A stretch of 64,000 nucleotides of DNA from contig JBAWXN010000001.1 of NCBI GenBank assembly GCA_037144045.1, positions 134,744 to 198,743 of the forward strand, in the 5' to 3' direction. Below the pieces are notes generated by a model that worked only from the letters and a program-made list of their open reading frames with translations, ran no database searches and was not told the origin of the DNA. Source of the stretch: a bacterium (GTDB lineage: Bacteria > Patescibacteriota > Minisyncoccia > Phycocordibacterales > UBA1006). The position numbers and the translations under genes were made by a program. Below are positions 18,669 to 28,127 of the stretch, in pieces (position 1 is the first letter of the stretch; every line of letters starts with the position of its first letter).

Positions 18669-18980
18669 ATGATTACTTTCATTAAAAAACTATATAGCGG
18701 ATCATACAATACTCACTTATTTGTGGGGGCTATTGCTATGTTCGGGCTCTATTCGTTTTTAGTGGTAAGTACTATTGTTTCAGTAAATCAACGTAAAGAC
18801 ATTCGTGCTGATATCCGAGCGACTCAAGCGAAAGTATCTGACCTTGAAATTAGTTATTTTAACCTTGCTTCCCAAGTTGATATTCATAAAGCAGAAGCTC
18901 TTGGATTTGTGAACGCTCCGGTTCCTAAGTTTGCATACACCGGTGGGGATCAAGAAGAAAAAGTTGCATTGCTTCGTTAA
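18669..18980 (+). CDS. FtsL-like cell division protein (small bitopic membrane protein)
   Basis: 103 aa with a single TM helix followed by a coiled-coil-like region, in the canonical position between rsmH and ftsI. Confidence 0.5.
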   Translation: MITFIKKLYSGSYNTHLFVGAIAMFGLYSFLVVSTIVSVNQRKDIRADIRATQAKVSDLEISYFNLASQVDIHKAEALGFVNAPVPKFAYTGGDQEEKVALLR

Positions 18981-19043
18981 GACAAAACACCCGAGCACGG
19001 TGTTTTCATTACGAAAAAAATCTATGTTACAATAGCACTCATA

Positions 19044-20753
19044 ATGGACTCAAAACTATTTCACAAAAGAATGTATGTGCCGATGGTGATCATGGTGTTG
19101 GTAGTGCTTGTTTTTATTGTGAAGTTATTTTATTTGCAAATCATTCATGGACGTTCTTATGAACAATTAGCTGATCGACAGTATGTAACTACAACGTCGC
19201 AAGTATTCGATCGTGGTACCATTTATTTTACTCAAAAAGACGGCACCCATGTTTCTGCAGCAACACTTAAAAGCGGATTCAAGCTTGCCGTAAATGGTAA
19301 GCTTATCGATGACCCAGAAAAACTATATAACGCAATTGGTGCAGACCTTAAAATTCCCAAAGATCAATTTATTGCCATGACAGGGAAGAAAAACGATCCA
19401 TACATTGAATTAGGTACTAATTTAGGTACTGATGTTGCTTCAAAGATTTCAGATTTAAAACTACCAGGGGTTACGTTATACCGTAATAATTGGCGGTTTT
19501 ATCCGGCTGATAACTTGGCATCACATGCTGTTGGTTTTATGGCGTATAAAGGTGATGATTTCGTAGGTCGGTATGGTATTGAGAGAACGTATAACGAAGT
19601 ACTTGCCAGAACTGATCAACGATTATATGTGAACTTTTTTGCAGAAGTATTTTCTGATATTTCAAAGTTTATTAGTGAACCAGAAGAAAAAGAAGGTGAC
19701 GTGATTACAACTATTGAGCCGACCGTTCAAAAAAATCTTGAAACGGTAGTTTTAGAAATCAAAGAGAAATGGAACTCAGATCGTGCAGGAGGAATTATTA
19801 TGGATCCTAAAACGGGTGCAATCCTCGCCATGGCGCTTGATAATGAATTTAATATTAATCAAACCAGAACGGTTACCGATATTACACAATTTAATAATCC
19901 ACTAGTAGAAAGTGTGTTCGAGATGGGATCGATCATGAAGCCAGTAATCATGGCCATAGCTCTTGATCAAGGAGTAGTTACTCCAACGACAACGTACTTT
20001 GATCAAGGATTTGTAAAAGTAGGGGATCGTACTATCTATAATTTTGATAAGCGAGGTCGAGGACTTGCGAATATGCAGACGGTGCTTAATCAGTCATTGA
20101 ACACGGGAATGGTGTATGTTATGCAGCGTATGGCAAAACCTGCATTTAAAAATCAATGGTTATCGTTTGGGTTTTCACAAAAAACAGGAGTAGATTTGCC
20201 TGCAGAAGGTGCAGGACTTACTTCAAACCTTAATACTAATCGTGATGTGGAATTTGCAAACGTATCATTTGGACAAGGAGTGGCTGTTACACCTCTTGAA
20301 ATGATTCGCGCCCATGCGGCACTTGCTAATGGAGGTCATCTGGTAACTCCTCATGTTGTTTCTACTATTGAATATCCGAGTGGGCTTACAAAACAATTGG
20401 ATTGGCCAGTAACAGGACAACTCATAAAACCAGAAACACAGGCTACTATTACCAAAATGCTGGTTACTGTTTTTGATAACTATAATAATGGTAAATTAAA
20501 ATTCGATCATTATTCGGTTGCTGCAAAAACAGGAACTGCTCAAATAGCTAAACCAGGGGGTGGATATTATGGGGATAGAAACCTCCATACCTTTATGGCA
20601 TATTTCCCAGCAAACAATCCTCGATTTATTGTATTCCTCTATAATCAGTACCCAAAAAATGGCGCACAGTTTTCATCAGAAACATTGCTGCCGCCATTTA
20701 GTGAGCTCGCTAAATTTTTATTTAGTTATTATGACGTACCTCCGGACCGCTAG
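19044..20753 (+). CDS. ftsI: Penicillin-binding protein, FtsI-type transpeptidase
   Basis: N-terminal TM anchor, PBP dimerisation domain, and the transpeptidase motifs SIMKP (SxxK), SLN (SxN) and KTGTA (KTG). Confidence 0.85.
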   Translation: MDSKLFHKRMYVPMVIMVLVVLVFIVKLFYLQIIHGRSYEQLADRQYVTTTSQVFDRGTIYFTQKDGTHVSAATLKSGFKLAVNGKLIDDPEKLYNAIGADLKIPKDQFIAMTGKKNDPYIELGTNLGTDVASKISDLKLPGVTLYRNNWRFYPADNLASHAVGFMAYKGDDFVGRYGIERTYNEVLARTDQRLYVNFFAEVFSDISKFISEPEEKEGDVITTIEPTVQKNLETVVLEIKEKWNSDRAGGIIMDPKTGAILAMALDNEFNINQTRTVTDITQFNNPLVESVFEMGSIMKPVIMAIALDQGVVTPTTTYFDQGFVKVGDRTIYNFDKRGRGLANMQTVLNQSLNTGMVYVMQRMAKPAFKNQWLSFGFSQKTGVDLPAEGAGLTSNLNTNRDVEFANVSFGQGVAVTPLEMIRAHAALANGGHLVTPHVVSTIEYPSGLTKQLDWPVTGQLIKPETQATITKMLVTVFDNYNNGKLKFDHYSVAAKTGTAQIAKPGGGYYGDRNLHTFMAYFPANNPRFIVFLYNQYPKNGAQFSSETLLPPFSELAKFLFSYYDVPPDR

Positions 20754-21363
20754 CAATAAGGAGTCCGTTATCCATTGGATGAATAGTCCATGTCCATCCT
20801 TCCTGGGTGAGTAAATCAAAAAATGGTTGCATACGTTTATGCATATTACCGGCATTATCTGCGATGATTAATGCGCCTGGCAACAGGTGTTTTTTGATGG
20901 CGTGAAAATATTCGTGGTAATGTCCTCGGTCAGCATCCATGAATACAAAATCGAACATGAGCGCGTCGGGAAATTCGTTAATAACATCACTAATAAACCC
21001 TTCGTGGAGCGTAATGGAGGTAGTAGTGTTTGATTGATTGAAATGGTCTCGCGCTACTGCGACCTTATTAATTGACCGTTCAATAGTGTGAATTGATCCA
21101 TTAACTGGTTCTATAGCATAGGCAAGCCATAGGGTCGAGTATCCAATTGAAGTTCCTAGTTCAAGGATATGTGAAAAACCTTGTTTTTGAACGAGCGAAT
21201 ATAAAAACGCCCCTGTTGTTTCTGGGATAATCCAAGGACGTTCGCCTTTAGTAGGATTGTTTTCAATATGTTCACCACGCGCTAGTTGTTCTGGTTTCCA
21301 CCACACAAGGAATGGTGCATGTCGGGCAATGGCTGCAAGTATTGTCTTTTGGTCTATATTCAT
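20722..21363 (-). CDS. Class I SAM-dependent O-methyltransferase (family 3, TrmR/YrrM-like)
   Basis: ILELGTSIGYSTLWLA (motif I) and FDFVFMDADRGHY. Convergent with ftsI, overlapping it by about 30 nt. Confidence 0.75.
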   Translation of the reverse strand: MNIDQKTILAAIARHAPFLVWWKPEQLARGEHIENNPTKGERPWIIPETTGAFLYSLVQKQGFSHILELGTSIGYSTLWLAYAIEPVNGSIHTIERSINKVAVARDHFNQSNTTTSITLHEGFISDVINEFPDALMFDFVFMDADRGHYHEYFHAIKKHLLPGALIIADNAGNMHKRMQPFFDLLTQEGWTWTIHPMDNGLLIASGPEVRHNN

Positions 21364-21388
21364 GTAAATTAGTTCGAAATGGATCGTT

Positions 21389-21856
21389 ATGAATATACCA
21401 CAGATGTTTACTCGGACAAGCTTTTGTGAACATTGCGCGAATAATGGATTACCCTATGTCAGCGGTGAACAAATAAAGCATCACAAGTTACGATTTTTCG
21501 TTAAAAAAAATGGAGGGCATGATCCTCATCAATTCGAGCCACGTAAGCAAAGTAAAGCAGGAAAACTAGGATATACACCACACCTATTTGTTATTGAAAA
21601 TACCGAGACAGGAGTAGGAGGGAAAAAGATGTTTCGTGGATTTAAAGTGTGTTGCATTGAAAACTGTGGCTTGACTGTTGTAGCAGAAACAATTAATAGT
21701 ATGTCGTTCAATTTCGAGCGGATTACTAAATGTATATGGTACGAAGAAGAATTAGCTCAGATATTTAATTATCGTGACGAGACATTTATGCTCGATACTA
21801 AAGAAATGCAGCCGTATATAGAACCTGGTATCATTGCTGAACTTGATCCTAATTAA
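21389..21856 (+). CDS. Hypothetical Cys-containing protein
   Basis: 155 aa with CEHC and CCIENCG cysteine clusters and no other motif. Confidence 0.35.
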   Translation: MNIPQMFTRTSFCEHCANNGLPYVSGEQIKHHKLRFFVKKNGGHDPHQFEPRKQSKAGKLGYTPHLFVIENTETGVGGKKMFRGFKVCCIENCGLTVVAETINSMSFNFERITKCIWYEEELAQIFNYRDETFMLDTKEMQPYIEPGIIAELDPN

Positions 21857-21861
21857 TAACC

Positions 21862-21886
21862 AAAACCCCACGAAAGTGGGGTTTTT
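21862..21886. terminator. Bidirectional terminator
   Basis: AAAACCCCACGAAAGTGGGGTTTTT. Confidence 0.8.
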
Positions 21887-22304
21887 ATTGATGGTGATAT
21901 TTTCCACCTCCGATCAAGTTGGTAACACGATAGAGCTGTTCTACGAGCACCAGGCGTGCAAGTTCATGGGGTAGAGTAAATTTACCAAGGCAGAGGGTCA
22001 TGTTTGCCCGGTCTCGTACTGATTGATCAAGTCCGTGTGATTCTCCGATTACAAATACGATACGTTTATGTGATGCTTGGAGCAGTTTATCAAGGGTTTG
22101 AGAAAAACTTACGGTTGTAAATTCTTTACCATGTTCGTCTAGTGCAATAACATAGTCTCCTGGTTTGATTTTCTCTATAGCAGTGTTGGTTTGAATAATT
22201 TCAAGTGACAAGTCGAAAGGGGTAGTAATCCGTTTTTTGTATTCGGCAATCATTGTGTCGTGTTCAGATTTTTTCTTGCCAATGGCAATAATATGGAGGT
22301 TCAT
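21885..22304 (-). CDS. rlmH: 23S rRNA (pseudouridine1915-N3)-methyltransferase RlmH
   Basis: SPOUT fold, about 140 aa. The C-terminal LPHELARLVLVEQLYRVTNLIGGGKYHH is RlmH-like. Start taken at MNLHIIAIGKK. Confidence 0.8.
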   Translation of the reverse strand: MNLHIIAIGKKKSEHDTMIAEYKKRITTPFDLSLEIIQTNTAIEKIKPGDYVIALDEHGKEFTTVSFSQTLDKLLQASHKRIVFVIGESHGLDQSVRDRANMTLCLGKFTLPHELARLVLVEQLYRVTNLIGGGKYHHQ

Positions 22305-22422
22305 AAGAATAATAGGTATTATACACAAAAATACACTAGGTGTAACGACTTAATTGACAATGTATTTAATTGTGTTATTCTCGAAAAGAGACAGTATTTG
22401 TTTACCCCCTTATTCCTTTATC

Positions 22423-23070
22423 ATGAATGAATCGTACGTAATTCTCCCTAAATCCGCAGCGACACCGCAACTAGACCCTGGGCAGCATCTTTATTTTTTA
22501 GGTGGTCCTGTACGAGGTGGTGGTGACTGGCAAGCTATTGCAATACAACAACTTTTCGAAAAAGATCCGGGCTGTATTGTAGTGTGCCCGTGTCGTTATG
22601 AACCTAGTCATCCACTATGGTTGAGGCAGGCAATTCCATTTGAGTCTAAATTGGTTTTTGAAAACCAGACGATATGGGAACGGTATTATCTGGAACATGC
22701 GGCATATTTCGGCTCAGTTATTTTCTGGCTTCCTACTGAGGATAGTGAGAATCCCCGTGCTGATGCAGATGGTCCTTATGGTCAGGATACTTATGGTGAA
22801 CTGGGTCGTTGGAGCATAAAAAGTGCGCACAATATTTGCGGGTTCCACAAAGCAGGTAAGGGGACACCACCAATTACTAATGTAGTGGTAGGCGCTGAAA
22901 AAGATTACTATGGACTAAAAGTAATCCAACGTAATTTCGATGCTGATCACGGTCATCCGTATCATATTCATGAAACGCTGGAAGTCACTCTTGATCGTGC
23001 TGTTGAACTTGCAAAATCAACTGACGCACTGCGCGACTATTCTCTTCCCTTTAAAACTGAATTTGTATAA
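22423..23070 (+). CDS. Hypothetical protein, possibly nucleoside 2-deoxyribosyltransferase-like
   Basis: LYFLGGPVRGGGDWQ resembles the glycine-rich N-terminal loop of Rossmann-like deoxyribosyltransferase/LOG-like proteins. This is weak. Start at the internal Met; the ORF track starts at 22354. Confidence 0.3.
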   Translation: MNESYVILPKSAATPQLDPGQHLYFLGGPVRGGGDWQAIAIQQLFEKDPGCIVVCPCRYEPSHPLWLRQAIPFESKLVFENQTIWERYYLEHAAYFGSVIFWLPTEDSENPRADADGPYGQDTYGELGRWSIKSAHNICGFHKAGKGTPPITNVVVGAEKDYYGLKVIQRNFDADHGHPYHIHETLEVTLDRAVELAKSTDALRDYSLPFKTEFV

Positions 23071-23080
23071 TTTCTTAACA

Positions 23081-23110
23081 AAAATGCGACTTATTAGGTC
23101 GCATTTTTTA
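23081..23110. terminator. Bidirectional terminator
   Basis: AAAATGCGACTTATTAGGTCGCATTTTTTA. Confidence 0.75.
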
Positions 23111-23647
23111 TTTACCAAAATGATGAGTAATAGTTGAAATGATAACCGTTACAATTTCATCAGGTGATTGAATTGATGAGTCAAACGTGAGTGGAGAATC
23201 AATCTTGGTTGCATGGTAGGTATCAAAAATTTCTTTGAATTTAGTATGGTCGGTATTTATCTTAACTCCAGGAATGGGGGATGCGATACGCTGGTCAAAT
23301 CGCTCAAGGAGTATTTCCCAAGGTGCAGAAATATTTGCAATAAATAGAGGAATTTGGTGCGTTTGTGACAATGCTACCATTTCATCCAATCCGTAGAGTC
23401 CTCCTTCCTTCATAACTGATAACCCGTGCTCAAGGGCGACACGCATGGTTTCAATAGTCATAATACCTACAAGGTCGTGATGGATGGTGTTGTCATAGTC
23501 AGAAATAAGGCGTTTAATGGTGTCACTTTTTCCTTTGAATATTCCTCCGTATTTTTTGAAGATAATATCAGAAACCGTTGATTTACCACCGCATGATGGT
23601 CCGTGGAGTACGAGGATAAATTGGTTATTAGTAAGTTTTTCTTTCAT
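23108..23647 (-). CDS. P-loop kinase (AAA_33 / zeta-toxin / CPT-like nucleotide kinase fold)
   Basis: Walker A at the N-terminus (LVLHGPSCGGKST), 179 aa, with no other signature. Confidence 0.5.
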   Translation of the reverse strand: MKEKLTNNQFILVLHGPSCGGKSTVSDIIFKKYGGIFKGKSDTIKRLISDYDNTIHHDLVGIMTIETMRVALEHGLSVMKEGGLYGLDEMVALSQTHQIPLFIANISAPWEILLERFDQRIASPIPGVKINTDHTKFKEIFDTYHATKIDSPLTFDSSIQSPDEIVTVIISTITHHFGK

Positions 23648-23758
23648 ATAAGTATTATAACATATGGGATTTTAATCAAATAAGTTTGAATAGGGATATA
23701 TTGACAATTATAAATAATTATGATACAATATTATTATAATTAAATAAAAAAATATCGC

Positions 23759-24145
23759 ATGAAACCATTTGATCCTGAGTTACAGAAATTACTAGTAACA
23801 CCTATTACTCAATCGCGTATATCACCAAGTAGAGAAGTGGTTGGTTTTTCATTTAATATCAAACTTCGTAAAAGCAAAATTGGCTGTATTTATTCAGAAG
23901 AGTCGCTTGAAGATGAGAGTGACATGGAAGATTTTATGGCTTGGGAAAAAATTCTGGCTAAAAAATTGTTTGATATAAACGGAGTAGTAGGATTAACTTT
24001 TGAACCATACGAAATTAGTGTTCAGTTACACTCATCATTTAATCCTGAAAAGATTGAGATTGAAGCAAAGAGGGTTATTGAAAGTTATTTCGTTAATATA
24101 GAAAAAACTAAAAAACCTAATTTTGTGCCTTTTTCACCAAATTAG
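23759..24145 (+). CDS. Hypothetical protein
   Basis: 128-aa ORF preceded by a near-consensus promoter (TTGACA, N17, TACAAT at about 23702-23730) and followed by a terminator. Confidence 0.45.
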   Translation: MKPFDPELQKLLVTPITQSRISPSREVVGFSFNIKLRKSKIGCIYSEESLEDESDMEDFMAWEKILAKKLFDINGVVGLTFEPYEISVQLHSSFNPEKIEIEAKRVIESYFVNIEKTKKPNFVPFSPN

Positions 24146-24166
24146 TATTTTCTACAAAGTAATATT

Positions 24167-24190
24167 AGCCGAGGAAACTCGGCTTTTTTG
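24167..24190 (+). terminator. Rho-independent terminator
   Basis: AGCCGAGGAAACTCGGCTTTTTTG. Confidence 0.75.
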
Positions 24191-24222
24191 TTACTTAAAT
24201 TATGGTTTAGTGATGTTATACT

Positions 24223-24582
24223 GTGTTAATTATGAAAACTACTAAAAAAGCATTGCCGGCAAAAGATTCAAAAAAATTAATTGAAGTATTAAGGGGGCGA
24301 TTTGAAAAAAACATGCATCGCCACAAAGGGTTCAAATGGGAACGTGTTCAAGAAAAACTTGAATCGCAATCAGGTAAGTTATGGTCAGTTTATCAAATGG
24401 AACAAACCGGTGGGGAACCTGATGTAATTGGATATGATAAGAAGGTGGGTGAATTCGACACGAAAACTTCAAGCTGGATTGTGACCCCTCCTGAAATCCG
24501 TAAACTCGGCGGTGCCATCTTTGCAGATCGTCGGTATGATACTTTTTTTGCCTGTGCAATTGGTTTGAGAACTTTCGTGTAG
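24223..24582 (+). CDS. Hypothetical protein (possibly a truncated member of a conserved DUF)
   Basis: 119 aa. The motif MEQTGGEPDVIGYD looks conserved-family-like, but I cannot place it with confidence. Confidence 0.35.
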   Translation: MLIMKTTKKALPAKDSKKLIEVLRGRFEKNMHRHKGFKWERVQEKLESQSGKLWSVYQMEQTGGEPDVIGYDKKVGEFDTKTSSWIVTPPEIRKLGGAIFADRRYDTFFACAIGLRTFV

Positions 24583-24683
24583 TTAGGGTGGGAATTCAAG
24601 AATACGTATTTGACAGACTCCCATATAAATGCTATATATTTGATTAGAAAATAAAAAAAATTAATAACCAAAACAAATTCATT

Positions 24684-25151
24684 ATGAAAAGAATTCAGGT
24701 CGTTTACGCAGTAATGTCAATCATGCTGTCATTCTCTTTTTCCTTGGTATCACATGCTCAGCAGACTGCGTTGCTCCCTGCTCTTGACTTGGGTGAAGCT
24801 CGTGTAATCATTGCTGCAACTCCTCATGTGGATAGTACAAAGGTAAAAACAGACGTATCTGCCGCCTATGTTCACCGTTTAGATTCCCTGCATGTAGGTT
24901 ATCAAGAAAATGTTGGGGGCTGGGTATCATTCAACGATCAAGTAAAAATGTATAAATTCGCAGATTACACCCCATCTCTATCTGAAGACCAGAAACTCAG
25001 TTACCTTGTTTTTAAACCCAAAAACGAACTCCAGTCATCGGTAGTAATTACCGCAGGAAAAGGTAAGACAGGTGAACTGCAGAATCTGTACAGTGAAATG
25101 CGGCAGAAAGCTGTTAAGTCCCTTTTGCAATCTACTGGAGGAAAAAAATAG
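24684..25151 (+). CDS. Secreted hypothetical protein
   Basis: Signal peptide MKRIQVVYAVMSIMLSFSFSLVSHAQQ, 155 aa. Confidence 0.5.
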   Translation: MKRIQVVYAVMSIMLSFSFSLVSHAQQTALLPALDLGEARVIIAATPHVDSTKVKTDVSAAYVHRLDSLHVGYQENVGGWVSFNDQVKMYKFADYTPSLSEDQKLSYLVFKPKNELQSSVVITAGKGKTGELQNLYSEMRQKAVKSLLQSTGGKK

Positions 25152-25211
25152 AAAATAATGCAATTAAGCTTAATCAAGAAGTGGCGCCCATAGAGGCGAC
25201 CACTTTTTTTG

Positions 25212-25283
25212 TGACTCTACTGGGAATCGAACCCAGCTTCCATCCTTGAGAAGGATGTGTCCTAACCGATAGACGATAGAGCC
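25212..25283 (-). tRNA. tRNA-Glu (anticodon CUC)
   Basis: Minus-strand cloverleaf GGCTCTATCGTCTATCGGTTAGGACACATCCTTCTCAAGGATGGAAGCTGGGTTCGATTCCCAGTAGAGTCA. T-loop TTCGATTCC, anticodon loop TTCTCAA. CCA is not encoded. Confidence 0.85.
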
Positions 25284-25427
25284 AAGCTGTTTAACAATAC
25301 TGTAAAAAGGTTTATTTTTCAAGCAGTGTGTGGACCTTCTTCACGAAGTGGAGAGGGTGGATTCCGTAAGGAATCCGGGTGAGGATTTAATGGTTGTTTT
25401 TTCAAGAGACGTGATATAATGGTTTTC

Positions 25428-26111
25428 ATGATTCGATTTGAACACGTTACGAAATATTTTAGTGACCGAGATTTATCCGTAGAAGACATTAGTCTTTCTA
25501 TTGCTGCAGGAGAATTTGTTTCAATAGTTGGACATTCAGGAGCAGGGAAAACGACTATGATTCGATTACTCCTTGGGGAAGTAAAACCAACTTCAGGAAA
25601 TATCTGGTTTGACGACTTTGACGTAGATGGACTTACCCAATCACAATTACCAGGATATCGACGCCGTATCGGAGTAGTATTCCAAGACTTCCGATTATTG
25701 CCAAATAAAACTGCATTTGAAAACGTAGCGTTTGCTATGGAAGCCGCAGGAAAAACTGATGAAGAAATTGTTTCCGATGTACCGCACGCGCTTGAACTCG
25801 TAGGATTGTCGCACAAAGCACGCGCGTTCCCGAGTGAAATGTCAGGTGGGGAACGACAACGTCTTGCGATTGCTCGAGCTATTATTAATCAACCAGAAGT
25901 AATCCTTGCTGATGAACCTACCGGAAACCTTGATCCTCAATCAACCTATGAAATTGTTGAAATTTTGAAGAAGATTAACGATTTGGGTACCACGGTAATT
26001 ATTACTACTCACAACAAAGGAATTATTGATGCTCTTGGTAAGCGAGTAGTTACTATAGAAAAAGGTCGTATTGTAAAAGACGATAAACACGGGCGCCATT
26101 CAATGCAATAA
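25428..26111 (+). CDS. ftsE: Cell division ATP-binding protein FtsE
   Basis: MIRFEHVTKYF, Walker A GHSGAGKTT, signature MSGGERQRLAIARAI, Walker B VILADEPTGNLD. A TATAAT at 25415-25420 sits immediately upstream. Confidence 0.9.
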   Translation: MIRFEHVTKYFSDRDLSVEDISLSIAAGEFVSIVGHSGAGKTTMIRLLLGEVKPTSGNIWFDDFDVDGLTQSQLPGYRRRIGVVFQDFRLLPNKTAFENVAFAMEAAGKTDEEIVSDVPHALELVGLSHKARAFPSEMSGGERQRLAIARAIINQPEVILADEPTGNLDPQSTYEIVEILKKINDLGTTVIITTHNKGIIDALGKRVVTIEKGRIVKDDKHGRHSMQ

Positions 26112-26112
26112 T

Positions 26113-27042
26113 ATGTCATTTCAAACAGACGCAAAACGAATATTACGATGGGGACTTATTAGTTTCTATCGAAACACGGTGGTATCAATTACCTCGATTT
26201 TAATGATGACGGTAACGCTTACCGTTATTGGGATGACGATTTTCCTTAATGCTATTTTAGGATTTTCGCTTGCACAAATTGAAAGTAAAGTAGACGTGAA
26301 TGTGTATTTTTATCCGAACGTTGCAGAATCACAGATTGGTGACGTGAAAAGTATGATTCAACAGTTGCCAGAAGTTGCAAGTGTTGAATATGTAAGTCAG
26401 GATCAGGCGCTTGCTGATTTCAAGGCGCGACACAGTGCTGATGCGCTTACATTGCAGGCATTAGACGAATTAGGAACTAATCCATTGGGTGCCGTACTTA
26501 ATATTCGGGCTAAGGAAGCAGGGCAATATGAATCTATTGCAAAAACATTGGATGATAATTCAAGTCTTGCAAAAGGATCAAATGCAATTATTGAAAAAGT
26601 GAACTATGCACAAAACAAGGAAATCATTGATCGCCTTACCGGAATCATGCGTTCTGTACAGCGGTTAGGGGTAGCAATCACGTTATTCTTCGTAATTATT
26701 TCTATTTTGATTACGTTTAACACGATTCGCCTTGCTATTTACATGGCACGCGATGAAATTACGAACATGCGCCTTGTAGGTGCCGAGAATAAATATATTC
26801 AAGGACCATTCATGATTGAAGGAGTGGTATATGGAGGAATTGCTTCCGTCATCACCTTGATTCTGTTCTATCCGATTACACTATGGCTTACTAATAATAC
26901 CCAAGCATTCTTTGGGGGTATGAGTATTCTGCAGTATTACGGAGACAACTTTATCCAATTATTTGCCATCTTACTTGTTTCAGGGGTGCTCATTGGAATG
27001 ATCTCCGCCTGGTTTGCAATTCGCAAGTATTTGAAGAAATAA
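26113..27042 (+). CDS. ftsX: Cell division permease FtsX
   Basis: Four-TM topology with a large periplasmic loop, immediately downstream of ftsE. Confidence 0.85.
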   Translation: MSFQTDAKRILRWGLISFYRNTVVSITSILMMTVTLTVIGMTIFLNAILGFSLAQIESKVDVNVYFYPNVAESQIGDVKSMIQQLPEVASVEYVSQDQALADFKARHSADALTLQALDELGTNPLGAVLNIRAKEAGQYESIAKTLDDNSSLAKGSNAIIEKVNYAQNKEIIDRLTGIMRSVQRLGVAITLFFVIISILITFNTIRLAIYMARDEITNMRLVGAENKYIQGPFMIEGVVYGGIASVITLILFYPITLWLTNNTQAFFGGMSILQYYGDNFIQLFAILLVSGVLIGMISAWFAIRKYLKK

Positions 27043-27045
27043 TAT

Positions 27046-27069
27046 AAAAACTCCCAATGGGAGTTTTTA
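27046..27069. terminator. Bidirectional terminator
   Basis: AAAAACTCCCAATGGGAGTTTTTA. Confidence 0.8.
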
Positions 27070-27399
27070 TATTTTACGAATTTCAATTCCGACGACTCCG
27101 TGCTGCGCTTCTTCGTGGGGTGGATAGTACTTATGCATTTCAGTGGGATCATCATTTCCAACACCTCCAAAAGCGATTGGATCGAATGCCTTATATAAAT
27201 CTTTAAAAGTAGGGAAGTAGTGCAATGCGATAATTGTAGAATCTATACTTAGATGGGCGTCTTGAGCATGCACAAAAACAATAGTGTCACCTACAGTTAG
27301 TTGCTTTCTTTTTTCATCATTCAGGCGAATTTCAATAACCTTAGTTCCTTCTTGAATTTTCTGAAAAGGGGCAGGTTGTAAATGCATGGTATGGATCAT
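27067..27399 (-). CDS. ASCH (PUA-like) domain protein
   Basis: 110 aa. PFQKIQEGTKVIEIRLNDEKRKQLTVGDTIVFV fits the ASCH beta-barrel signature. Confidence 0.5.
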   Translation of the reverse strand: MIHTMHLQPAPFQKIQEGTKVIEIRLNDEKRKQLTVGDTIVFVHAQDAHLSIDSTIIALHYFPTFKDLYKAFDPIAFGGVGNDDPTEMHKYYPPHEEAQHGVVGIEIRKI

Positions 27400-27556
27400 A
27401 ATTGCTGCGATGTCTGGTCTTGAAACTAATCACACCAGATGTCATAAGGGTATTCTAGCACTTTCCCGTTTTCCAAACTAACGGCTTTGGGTCTATATAT
27501 AATAAAAGCCCTTTGTAGCATAAACATATAATCAAATATTTGATACAATGTGATAC

Positions 27557-28084
27557 ATGAAATTAGGAAGTGATACAAAGGAACGGCTCAAGCAGATCGT
27601 CAGGAACGCGGTAGCGCTCGACCCCATGATTTCCCTGCGAGACCTCCAAGCGGTGCTTCTCCAGAAAGGCATCAAGATCGGCAACCTCAATTCACTGGCA
27701 AGGATCAGGAAAGAACTGACCGAAGATGCCATAGAAGAAATGGATCGGCCGCAAGTGCTTAAGCGGTATGCAGATATGGAGGAACGGATGCGAGTGCTCC
27801 GAACGGAGCTCTTCAAGATTATCTACCCTGACGGCAAGAGCGGTGTCTATCCGAGCTACAGCGAACAGATATCTGCGATGAAGATATTGATGGAAAGCGA
27901 TATCAAGCTCTTCCGTGCGGGTCTTGAGATGGGTATCTATCGGAAGGACATGGCGAAAGGAAAGAAGTATACGAAAGAGGAAGAGTTGGCGATGCGGAAT
28001 AGGCCGTTGAACGCTGAGCATAGGAAAGCTATGCTAAAGGCATTCAAGAACTTTGGATTGATTCCGAAGGATGCGGAGATATAA
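27557..28084 (+). CDS. Hypothetical protein in a GC-rich islet (about 50% GC versus about 38% background)
   Basis: 175-aa charged helical protein. Its GC content is clearly higher than the flanks. No known motif. Confidence 0.5.
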   Translation: MKLGSDTKERLKQIVRNAVALDPMISLRDLQAVLLQKGIKIGNLNSLARIRKELTEDAIEEMDRPQVLKRYADMEERMRVLRTELFKIIYPDGKSGVYPSYSEQISAMKILMESDIKLFRAGLEMGIYRKDMAKGKKYTKEEELAMRNRPLNAEHRKAMLKAFKNFGLIPKDAEI

Positions 28085-28085
28085 A

Positions 28086-28115
28086 AAAGGCGATCATTGC
28101 TGACCGCCTTTATAA
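28086..28115. terminator. Bidirectional terminator between convergent genes
   Basis: AAAAAAGGCG atcattgctgac CGCCTTTATAAAA. Confidence 0.65.
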
Positions 28116-28127
28116 AATAGTGAACAT

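Noticed and set aside
25319-25816. 165-aa minus-strand ORF overlapping ftsE
   Set aside because: It overlaps the ftsE Walker A region and the tRNA-Glu spacer, and has no motif. ftsE is unambiguous.
27411-27445. Candidate attL direct repeat of the tRNA-Gln 3' end (GCTGCGATGTCTGGTCTTGAAACTAA vs ACTGCTGCCAGACTTGGACTCGAACC)
   Set aside because: It shows only patchy similarity (the TG.C.G..CTTG.A pattern), which is not convincing by eye. It needs a proper alignment before any att site is claimed.
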